Source: a bacterium
GTDB taxonomy: Bacteria > Zhuqueibacterota > Zhuqueibacteria > Zhuqueibacterales > Zhuqueibacteraceae
Assembly: GCA_044869275.1 (NCBI GenBank)
Contig: JBIOXB010000129.1
Coordinates: 1 to 42,224 of the forward strand
DNA: 42,224 bases
Direction: 5' to 3'
The position numbers and the translations under genes were made by a program. Under the pieces are notes generated by a model. The model was not told where the DNA came from. It was given only the letters and a program-made list of their open reading frames with translations, and made no database searches. Shown one piece after another: positions 17,621-25,534 of the stretch. Each line of letters begins with the position of its first letter. The stretch's first letter is position 1.

Positions 17621-20124
17621 TCGTACCGCAGCGCCTCCACCGGATTCGCCAGCGCCGCTTTAATGGCCTGCGTGCTCACCGTCAGCAGCGCAATGAGCAG
17701 CGCCAATCCGCCGGTGAGCGCGAAGATCCACCAGCCGATATTGATGCGATAGGCGAAATCTTGCAGCCAATCTATCATCACATAATAAGCAATCGGCCAG
17801 GCGATGAGATTTGCCGCCGCGACCAATTTGACAAAATCCTTCGAAAGCAATCCGGCAATGCCGGTGGCCGAAGCGCCGAGCACCTTGCGCACGCCGATTT
17901 CTTTGGTGCGGCGCTCGACGGTGAAGGACGCCAGGCCGAACAACCCCAGGCAAGCGAGCAGGATCGCCAATGCTGAAATGCAGCCGAAGATCTCGCTCAT
18001 TTTTTGCTCAGCCTGGTAAAGTCCGGAAAAATCTTCATCGAGAAAAGACATCTCGAACGCGACCCCTGGCGCAAAGCGCTCGACGATTTGCCGAATCGCC
18101 GAGAGGGTTTCCGGCAGATTGCCGGCGTGCAGCTTGACCGCAATAAAACTGTAGTCGGGCAACACGCTCATCGCCAAAGGCGCGATGGGTTGACGCAACG
18201 ATTGAAAATGAAAATCCTTCACCACGCCGATGATCGTGCCCACGAAATCTTTCGCTTTGGGATCGCGCACGAGGCGTTTGCCCAAGGCCGCTTCAGGCGA
18301 TTTCCAACCGAACTCTTTCACGGCCTCTTCGTTGACAATCAGCGCCAGATCGATAAGCCGGTTATTCTCATTTCGCACGCCGGCATCCGTCGTCATTTCG
18401 CGCGAGAAATTTCGCCCGGCGATAAGCTCGAGGCCGAACATCCCGATGAAATTATAATCCACCCAGCATTCGGCAATGCCTTTCGCCTCGTCTCCGGGCG
18501 CGCCGGCTTCTCCGTACAGATCTCCACCGCCGCCAAAGCCCGGAAGCGCCGAGGCCGCGATCACATCGACGACTCCCGTGTGCTTTTTCAGCTCGTTTTT
18601 AAAAGCCGCGTAATCCGGCATCAAAGCGCGTCCCAGATTGGGTGGCAACACCACTACCTGTGCTTGATCGAATCCCAACTGATAATCCCGCATGAACGAG
18701 AGTTGTTTGAACACGGTCAGCGTTGCCACGATGAGAAAAACGGAAATGGCGAATTGAAAGACGACCAAGCCTTGACGCAGCCTTTGTCCTTTTGTGCTGT
18801 CCGTATCCGCTCGCAACATTGTCACCGGCTTGAAGCGCGACAGCAAAAAAGCGGGATAACTGCCTGCCAGCAAGCCGGCGAACAACCCAATGCCGGCAAT
18901 GCCAAGCACGAGCGGAAAAATGTCCGCCGCTTCTCGCGCAAAAGTCTTTCCAAGATATTGGTAGAAAAACGGAAGGGTGATTTCTACCAGGCCCAGCGCG
19001 AAGAGCAGGGCGACAAAACTGATCAGCATCGACTCGCCCAGAAATTGTTTGATGAGTTGCCGGCCCTCGGCGCCCACCACTTTGCGCATCCCCACCTCTT
19101 TCGCCCGGCGCGTCGCGCGTGCGGTCGTGAGGTTGGTGAAATTGATGCAGCCGATGCAGAGAATGAAAAACGCCACGAGCGAGAACATATAAATCTTATT
19201 CTGGTCTCCCACCGGCGCCAATTGGCCGCCGAAATTTCCGTCCAAATAAATTTCCGGCAGCGGCTGCAAAAAAGCCTTGTAATAAAATCCCCGCGCTTTG
19301 GAGGCTTCGTGTACATGGCGCTCCAAAAAATCGGGAAGCTTGGCAGCGAGCGCCGCAGGTGCAACGCCTTCTTGCAACAGCAAGTAAGTGTGCGTCATCC
19401 GCCAGCGCCACCACCCGGGGTTCAAGACGTTGCCGGTCGTCACATCTTCTCCGTACACGTCGTTGAGATCCACGAACGAGAGCAGGAAATCTGCAGTGAA
19501 ATGAGACCGGCGCGCTATATCCTTCATCACTCCCGTGACATTGTAGTCGATGGTTTCATGCGTCAGCCGCCCGCTGCGGTCACGTCGCTTGGGATCGACG
19601 GTCAAAATTTTTCCGACAGGATTCTCTTGACCAAAATATTTTCGGGCCATGCTTTCGGAGAGCACGATTGATTTCGGTTGTGCCAATGCGGTCTCCGCGT
19701 TGCCTTGCTGCAGAGGCCAGCTGAAGATTCCAAAAACGCTGGCGTCAGCATAAAGCATGCGGCTCTCGCTGAACGTCGCCTCGCCGCGGCGAATCTCCCA
19801 CGGCTCGTTCGGCGAAGTGGCGAGGGAGAATCGCACGTAATCAGCGACCTCAGGATACTCTTGCTTCATCGCCCGCCCCCAAAGAAACGGAGAGTCGGCG
19901 ACGATATCTTCTTCGCCCGTAGACATGAGCACCACGCGGTTGGAGATTCTGTATATCCGATCCCCGGCCTCGTGATAGGTATCGTACTGCACTTCGTCCT
20001 GCACGAAGAGCAGTACCACGATGCAGCAGGCCATGCCCACGGCAAAGCCGGTGAGGTTGATGAACGAATACGCCTTGTGTTTGAGCAGATTGCGGAACGC
20101 GATTTTGACGTAGTTTTTGAACAT
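17617..20124 (-). CDS. MacB/FtsX-like duplicated ABC permease, copy C (835 aa)
   Basis: MFKNYVKIAF start, same architecture, ends NPVEALRYE. Confidence 0.93.
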   Translation of the reverse strand: MFKNYVKIAFRNLLKHKAYSFINLTGFAVGMACCIVVLLFVQDEVQYDTYHEAGDRIYRISNRVVLMSTGEEDIVADSPFLWGRAMKQEYPEVADYVRFSLATSPNEPWEIRRGEATFSESRMLYADASVFGIFSWPLQQGNAETALAQPKSIVLSESMARKYFGQENPVGKILTVDPKRRDRSGRLTHETIDYNVTGVMKDIARRSHFTADFLLSFVDLNDVYGEDVTTGNVLNPGWWRWRMTHTYLLLQEGVAPAALAAKLPDFLERHVHEASKARGFYYKAFLQPLPEIYLDGNFGGQLAPVGDQNKIYMFSLVAFFILCIGCINFTNLTTARATRRAKEVGMRKVVGAEGRQLIKQFLGESMLISFVALLFALGLVEITLPFFYQYLGKTFAREAADIFPLVLGIAGIGLFAGLLAGSYPAFLLSRFKPVTMLRADTDSTKGQRLRQGLVVFQFAISVFLIVATLTVFKQLSFMRDYQLGFDQAQVVVLPPNLGRALMPDYAAFKNELKKHTGVVDVIAASALPGFGGGGDLYGEAGAPGDEAKGIAECWVDYNFIGMFGLELIAGRNFSREMTTDAGVRNENNRLIDLALIVNEEAVKEFGWKSPEAALGKRLVRDPKAKDFVGTIIGVVKDFHFQSLRQPIAPLAMSVLPDYSFIAVKLHAGNLPETLSAIRQIVERFAPGVAFEMSFLDEDFSGLYQAEQKMSEIFGCISALAILLACLGLFGLASFTVERRTKEIGVRKVLGASATGIAGLLSKDFVKLVAAANLIAWPIAYYVMIDWLQDFAYRINIGWWIFALTGGLALLIALLTVSTQAIKAALANPVEALRYE

Positions 20125-20139
20125 GGTGTGGATCCTTGT

Positions 20140-20160
20140 TGCTGGATACTGGATGCCGGA
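20140..20160. repeat. Heptamer tract TGCTGGA TACTGGA TGCCGGA (left arm)
   Basis: Read directly; inverted relative to the 20852-20879 tract. Confidence 0.75.
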
Positions 20161-20243
20161 TGCGATCAGCTTTTCAAAGTCAGAATAACCCCGCAACGGC
20201 GCATTGGCGTAAACCGAATGTTAGTGGAAGAGATGAACCACAT

Positions 20244-20459
20244 GCCCCGAAGGGGCAAAATAAGCCAAGCCCAGGGCAACGCCCTGGGCAAGCGCGAACC
20301 ACAGAGGTTTCTTTAGCCCTGAAAGGGCGAAAGAGGGAGTGATGAATCTAGTTGACGATCCCAAGCCAGTCCATTTCGCCCTGTTGGGGCTCAGATATGG
20401 GGCCTGCCTCTCACCTTGGGGCGTTGCCCCAAGCTCTTGCATGTCGCCGCTTTGGGGCT
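20244..20459. repeat. REP-like inverted doublet of two ~88-bp three-hairpin units (20244-20332 and 20374-20459)
   Basis: Unit 1 GCCCCGAAGGGGC...CCCAGGGCAACGCCCTGGG...AGCCCTGAAAGGGCGAAA. Unit 2 is a diverged reverse-complement copy. Confidence 0.8.
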
Positions 20460-20533
20460 TTCGGCATCCAAATCCTTAGGTTGACGCCTATGCGCAACGA
20501 CGCGACTGAAAGTTGTTCGCATCTTTTAGCGCC

Positions 20534-20776
20534 TTTTCAACACAGAGACACAGCGCGGCGTAGCCGCAACCGAAAAAAAAACTCACGCAGAGCTTCGCAA
20601 AGACTCGCAGAGACCCACAGGGCGGCAGAGTCGTAACCAAAAACTTTGCCAAAAAAAGCAAAATTCTACAAGTTTGTATCACAGAGAGCACGAAGTTTCA
20701 CAGAGAATTTTAAGATCCACGGAAAACAAGGCTCACTCCGTGGCTTTCAGTGCGCTCCGTGTCTCTGTGTTGAAAA
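20534..20776. repeat. ~243-bp element bounded by 24-bp inverted repeats, with internal CACAGAG/CGCAGAG-type short repeats
   Basis: TTTTCAACACAGAGACACAGCGCG (20534-20557) versus CGCTCCGTGTCTCTGTGTTGAAAA (20753-20776), 22/24 match. Confidence 0.75.
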
Positions 20777-20851
20777 ACTTCTGCGTTCTTACAGTGCCCG
20801 AAGGGCTTCGGTATTGAGCTCGTCTGAAAATCTGAGGTAGTCAGGATCAAG

Positions 20852-20879
20852 AATCCAGCATCCAGAAGCCAGAATCCAA
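20852..20879. repeat. Heptamer tract AATCCAG CATCCAG AAGCCAG AATCCAA (right arm)
   Basis: Read directly; reverse-complement type of the 20140-20160 tract. Confidence 0.75.
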
Positions 20880-20884
20880 CCTCA

Positions 20885-22648
20885 TCAATTCGCCGCAAAC
20901 ACCGTAACGCCCCAATTCATCGGGTCGTGTGGCGGCGAGGCGTTCCAATCGTTGAATGAATGCGAATCGTCAGATTCGTAATATACGTTGTAGTCGCCGG
21001 CCTTCAAGGGAATCGTGCCGTTGAACATGCGATTCTTGTGCGCGCCGCCGGCATGGTCGGTCATGCGATAACCCATCTCCCAAACCACGCGGCCGGTTTT
21101 GGCGTCTTCGATCCAGCCGTAATCATTCATGTCGCCTTCGCTGCCTTCGCCGAGGGCATAGATGCGCACCTCGGTGTCTTTTTTCAAAGTGAAGGAAGCG
21201 CGCTTGCTGGCATGGTCACGCACGCCGACAATGCTCGCCAATATCGCGGGATCGGCGCTGGGCTCGTAATCGGCAACATCGGTGCGTGAAAAACTCGCTT
21301 CGGCGGCAAGAATCGTCAAGCCCCAATGTTCTGGGTCGTATGGCGGTGAGGCGTTCCATTCGTGGTTGGCGTGTGAATCATCGGTGACGAAATAAGCCAT
21401 GTAGCTGCCCGCTTCGAGCTGTATCACTTCATCCTGCATGCGGTTTTTGTGGGCGCCGCCGGCGTGCTCGGTATCATAATAGCGCATCTCCCAAACTTTT
21501 TTCTGCGTTTTCGCCTCGACGATCCAGCCATAGTCCGCCATGTCATCTCCTGTGCCCTCGCCGAGGGCATAAAGGCGCAGCTTCGCCGGCTTCTTCAATG
21601 TGAAGCCATGCGAGCGAAAGTCGTTGTCGCGAACCGGCGCTAATGAGATGATGATGTCTTTCTCTTTCAGAACCTCGTACTCGAATTTTTTGACGTGTGT
21701 TTTGCCGGCTTCGGCGACGCGGATGAACATGCCCCAAGCCGCCGGGTCATACGGCGGAGGGGAGTTCCATTTTTGCGGCGAGTGCGAATCGTCGGCGACG
21801 AAAATGGTGGCGTATTTTCCGGCCGGCAAGGCAATGGTCTCGCGCCTGCGGCGGTTTTTTTCGGCGCCGCCGGCGTGCTCGGAGTCGCGATATGAAAACT
21901 TCCAAACTTTTTCGCGTGTGTCAACATTGATGATCCAGCCATAATCATATTCACCCTCTTTGTCTTGGCGCGCCTCGCCGGTCACTTCGATCTGCAAATC
22001 GATTGTTTTATCCAGCTCGAAACCTTGCGTGGCGTAATAATTGTCCTCTTGCGCGGCCAGAGCAATCAAGGCGTCAGTGCGCCTGGCTGCTTGTCCTTTC
22101 CGAATCTCCTCCGGGCTCTGTTTCTGGCCTTGGCCATTTATGACGACTTTGAATTCACGATATAAATCATAATAGTCATCCTGGTCAAAGTTACGGTGGA
22201 AAACGTTCTTGGGTTTGCCTCCTAAGAATTTGCCCACCTCAGAGGAAAAGCTCCAATCATCCTCATTCTGAAAATAGGGAAACGAGGCGTAATAGACCTC
22301 ATAGGTGCTGGGCCTTAGCTTGAGCGTGGTTGCTTGCGTTTGAACTTCGACGCGGCGTTCATCCTCCAGGGCCGCAGCGGCGAAATTCCATTCCACTTCA
22401 CGCGACTGCGCATTGAGTATCCACGCCGTGCCGAGGATCATCTCATTGCGCCCTTGCTTGAGGTGAACCCCGAGAGCCTCTATTTTGATTTCCTGTTCCT
22501 GGCCGAGCACAAAGCCCTCGACGCGTATTTGTTCAGGATAAATGCGGTCGATCTCCACCAGATGGTTCTGGGCATATGCCGGTGCGAAGATCAGCGCCGC
22601 CACAAAAAGCATGGCAACGGTTGCGGGTGGTGCGAGGGTTCGGTTCAT
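20885..22648 (-). CDS. Secreted hypothetical protein (587 aa) with four tandem ~130-aa repeats
   Basis: Signal peptide ending AYA-Q. Repeats 2-4 share DYGWI...VW...Y..[ST][ED]HAGGA.KNR...AG.Y...DDSH....WN..PP.DP..WG; repeat 1 is degenerate. Confidence 0.85.
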   Translation of the reverse strand: MNRTLAPPATVAMLFVAALIFAPAYAQNHLVEIDRIYPEQIRVEGFVLGQEQEIKIEALGVHLKQGRNEMILGTAWILNAQSREVEWNFAAAALEDERRVEVQTQATTLKLRPSTYEVYYASFPYFQNEDDWSFSSEVGKFLGGKPKNVFHRNFDQDDYYDLYREFKVVINGQGQKQSPEEIRKGQAARRTDALIALAAQEDNYYATQGFELDKTIDLQIEVTGEARQDKEGEYDYGWIINVDTREKVWKFSYRDSEHAGGAEKNRRRRETIALPAGKYATIFVADDSHSPQKWNSPPPYDPAAWGMFIRVAEAGKTHVKKFEYEVLKEKDIIISLAPVRDNDFRSHGFTLKKPAKLRLYALGEGTGDDMADYGWIVEAKTQKKVWEMRYYDTEHAGGAHKNRMQDEVIQLEAGSYMAYFVTDDSHANHEWNASPPYDPEHWGLTILAAEASFSRTDVADYEPSADPAILASIVGVRDHASKRASFTLKKDTEVRIYALGEGSEGDMNDYGWIEDAKTGRVVWEMGYRMTDHAGGAHKNRMFNGTIPLKAGDYNVYYESDDSHSFNDWNASPPHDPMNWGVTVFAAN

Positions 22649-22664
22649 TTTTTTTCCTGATCAA

Positions 22665-22721
22665 ACGATAGACGATAGAGGTGAGACGTAAGACGAAATT
22701 TTACGGATTACGCATTACGTT
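22665..22721. repeat. Inverted heptamer tracts ACGATAG ACGATAG AGGTGAG ACGTAAG ACGAAAT / TTACGGA TTACGCA TTACGTT
   Basis: 7-nt periodicity read directly; arms loosely complementary. Confidence 0.7.
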
Positions 22722-22761
22722 TCACTATTACTACATCGGTCAGTCTGGCACGTCTCCTTTT

Positions 22762-22972
22762 TGTCATTCAGGAGGAAACTTTTTGAGCGCTTGGCACAGC
22801 GTCAAAATAGGCTTTAGTCCCAGTGCGTTAAAAGATTCAGACGGTGTGAAAACGCTTGGTTCCAACGCCGGCTGAGCTTGTCGAAGCCGGATTTTTTAAC
22901 TTAGCACCCTTCGACAAGCTCAGGGTGCGGCATTCCCAAGTTTTCACACAGCCTGATTCCTCCTGAATGACA
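22762..22972. repeat. REP-like element with perfect 16-bp inverted ends TGTCATTCAGGAGGAA / TTCCTCCTGAATGACA
   Basis: 22762-22777 and 22957-22972 are exact reverse complements. Confidence 0.85.
22839..22954. mobile_element. 116-bp MITE-like insertion with 15-bp TIRs and a 5-bp GATTC target-site duplication
   Basis: AGACGGTGTGAAAAC / GTTTTCACACAGCCT (13/15), GATTC at 22834-22838 and 22955-22959, internal perfect IR CTGAGCTTGTCGAAG (22872-22886) / CTTCGACAAGCTCAG (22909-22923). Confidence 0.7.
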
Positions 22973-23015
22973 GAGCTGAGTTTTCGGACGAATCTTTGAA
23001 CTTAACGTTGTCGTA

Positions 23016-25460
23016 CTATTCATATCGCAACGCCTCCACGGGATTTGCGAGCGCGGCTTTGATGGCCTGGGTGCTCACGGTCAGCACCGCGATGAGCAAG
23101 GCCAGGCCGCCGGCGAGCGCAAATACCCACCAGCCGATCTCGATGCGATAGGCGAAATCTTTCAACCAATTGTTCATCACGAAGTAGGCAATCGGCCAGG
23201 CCACGATATTGGCGAATAAAACCAGTTTGACAAATTCTCTCGTCAGCAGCCGGACGATGCCGGCTACGGAAGCGCCGAGCACTTTGCGGATGCCGATTTC
23301 TTTCGTGCGTTGCCGCGCTGAAAAAGAAGCGAGTCCAAACAGGCCCAAACAGGCGATCATAACCGTAAGGCCGGCAAACACGCTGAACAACCCAGCAAAC
23401 TTCCGGTCGTTGCGATACTGCTCATTGAACTGCTCATCCACGAAACTGTAACTGAATGGATTGCCGGGAAAAAGAGCGCGGTAAATACGCTCGACCGCAG
23501 CAATTGTTTGCGGCAAATTCTCCGTGCTCACTTTCAATGAGAGATGCCCTCCGGCCGGTGTGGGCGTGAACAGCGCGGCTTCACGCGGGGAATGCGCCGA
23601 AGACCAATTAAAATCTTTGAACACCCCAACCACTCTGAAGGTGGCGCCTCCCATGCTGAGCAGTTGTTGCAGCGCATCTGCCGGCGAATCAAAGCCCACC
23701 GCCTTGCTGGCAGTTTCGTTGACGATGACGGGCCTGGGCTCGCTTTGCGCAGTGTTTGTTGAAATCCCCTCAAAACCAGATCCTGCTATTAACTCGAGGC
23801 CATACAATGAAGAAAAGCTGGAATCCACCCAAGCGAGGGCGCCGTTGACGGCAGTCGAAGGGTCTGCCGTTTCGCGCCGCAAATTGGAGGAGTACCAATT
23901 GAATCCCTGCCCTGGCAGCGCACTCGAAGTGGCAATCTGGCGGATGGCGGGGACCTGGCGAAGCGCTTGCGTCAACCGTTGAGTGGCCTGCGTGGATTCG
24001 GTCCCCTCGGAAAGCACGCGCGGGCCGGGCACGGCGAGAACCTGTTCCAAATTGATGCCCAGATCCATGTTTCGCATGTATTGGAGTTGAGTGGACACGA
24101 TAGCCGTGCCGGCCAGCAAGCCGATGGAAGCAGCGAATTGCAGCACAACGAGTCCTTGCCGCAGCCACAAACGGGTCGAAGCTGAGCCGGCCTTGCTTTT
24201 GAGCACGGAGACCGGCTTGAACGAGGATAGCACAAAAGCGGGATAGAGCCCCGCCAGCAAGGTGCCGAGCGAAAACATGGCAAACGCCGCGGCCCAGAGC
24301 CACGGGTTTGTCCATGCCCAATCCGTGAGCCCGGCGCCGGCAAGATGGTTCACGACGGGTTTAAGCATTTCAGCGAGCGCGACCGCCAAAACAAAGGCCG
24401 CGAGATTGGTAAGTGCGGATTCGAGGAGAAATTGCAAAACGAGCTGCCGCCGCTGCGCGCCGATGACCTTGCGCACGCCGACTTCCCGGCTGCGATCAAG
24501 CGAACGCGCCGTGGCGAGATTCACATAGTTTACGAGCGCAATGACCAGAGTGAGGAGCGCGATGATCGCAAAGAAATAAACGGTGCGCCGGCTCCCTTGC
24601 ACTGTTTTCGGGTCGAAAACGGCATCATTAAGATGGATATCCCGCAACGGCTGGGCGTTGAGATGCGCGGTCGCGTTGAGGCGGCGGAATTCGTCACCGC
24701 GATTTTGCATGAGCACGTCCGTGAGCTTCTTCTGCACCGCGGCCAAGTCGGCACCTGCACGAAGCTGCACATAGGTGTTGAAGTTTTGCCAAGTCCAGCC
24801 GTGCTCGGGATCTTTGTACGCGCTCTTTTCGAGCAGATCCGTCATCGACAATAAGACTTCGAATCGAAGATGGGAGTTGGCGGGAAGGTTGTGAAAAACG
24901 CCGTTGACGCGGAAGGCGCCGCTGATCCAACCGGTGACGTTGAGCATTTGCCCCATGGGATTCTCAGCACCGAAGTATTTTCGCGCCGTTGTTTCAGAAA
25001 GCAGGAGCGTGCCCGGCTCGGCCAGCGCTTTTGCTGGCGCGCCCATCACCAGGGGATAGGAAAACATTTCAAGGAACGCGGCGTCGGCATAATATACCCG
25101 CTCTTCTTTGAATGCTTTATCCGGTTGCGCCGCGTTGGAGATCACGGGATCGCTATAGTCGGGGTGCAGGCGCGCGAAACGAACGATTTCGGGAACGTTC
25201 TGCGCCAGCGCTGGCCCCATCGCGTACCCGCCGAATGCACGATGCTCCGGTTCGCCTCCGCTCTTGACCTTCGTTGTCGTTATGCGGTAGAGGTGAGAGG
25301 CATTGGCGTTGAAATTGTCAAAGCTGTACTCGTAGGCAACGTACTGGAAAATGAGCAGGCAGCACGCCAGCCCGAACGTGAGTCCTGCAATGTTGATGAA
25401 TGAATGCCCCTTGCGCCGCAGCAGGCTGCGCAGAGCGGTGGTGAGATAGTTCTTGAACAT
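23016..25460 (-). CDS. MacB/FtsX-like duplicated ABC permease, copy D (814 aa)
   Basis: MFKNYLTTAL start with AAGGAG RBS, ends NPVEALRYE. Confidence 0.93.
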   Translation of the reverse strand: MFKNYLTTALRSLLRRKGHSFINIAGLTFGLACCLLIFQYVAYEYSFDNFNANASHLYRITTTKVKSGGEPEHRAFGGYAMGPALAQNVPEIVRFARLHPDYSDPVISNAAQPDKAFKEERVYYADAAFLEMFSYPLVMGAPAKALAEPGTLLLSETTARKYFGAENPMGQMLNVTGWISGAFRVNGVFHNLPANSHLRFEVLLSMTDLLEKSAYKDPEHGWTWQNFNTYVQLRAGADLAAVQKKLTDVLMQNRGDEFRRLNATAHLNAQPLRDIHLNDAVFDPKTVQGSRRTVYFFAIIALLTLVIALVNYVNLATARSLDRSREVGVRKVIGAQRRQLVLQFLLESALTNLAAFVLAVALAEMLKPVVNHLAGAGLTDWAWTNPWLWAAAFAMFSLGTLLAGLYPAFVLSSFKPVSVLKSKAGSASTRLWLRQGLVVLQFAASIGLLAGTAIVSTQLQYMRNMDLGINLEQVLAVPGPRVLSEGTESTQATQRLTQALRQVPAIRQIATSSALPGQGFNWYSSNLRRETADPSTAVNGALAWVDSSFSSLYGLELIAGSGFEGISTNTAQSEPRPVIVNETASKAVGFDSPADALQQLLSMGGATFRVVGVFKDFNWSSAHSPREAALFTPTPAGGHLSLKVSTENLPQTIAAVERIYRALFPGNPFSYSFVDEQFNEQYRNDRKFAGLFSVFAGLTVMIACLGLFGLASFSARQRTKEIGIRKVLGASVAGIVRLLTREFVKLVLFANIVAWPIAYFVMNNWLKDFAYRIEIGWWVFALAGGLALLIAVLTVSTQAIKAALANPVEALRYE

Positions 25461-25471
25461 GAAGACTCCTT

Positions 25472-25534
25472 GCAAAGTGCATAGCGCATAGCGTGTGGAA
25501 CATAGCATGCGCTATGCCCCATGCGCTTTGCTAT
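25472..25534. repeat. Inverted heptamer-array spacer, short version of the 17523-17620 spacer
   Basis: GCAAAGT GCATAGC GCATAGC GTGTGGA ACATAGC ATGCGCT ATGCCCC ATGCGCT TTGCTAT. Confidence 0.9.

Noticed and set aside
18004..19671. Long plus-strand ORFs (also 842..2083, 7372..8175, 8049..8963, 34947..36416)
   Set aside because: Antisense shadows of GC-rich coding genes with no recognisable motifs. The LLSSIFY repeats are just the translated heptamer tract.
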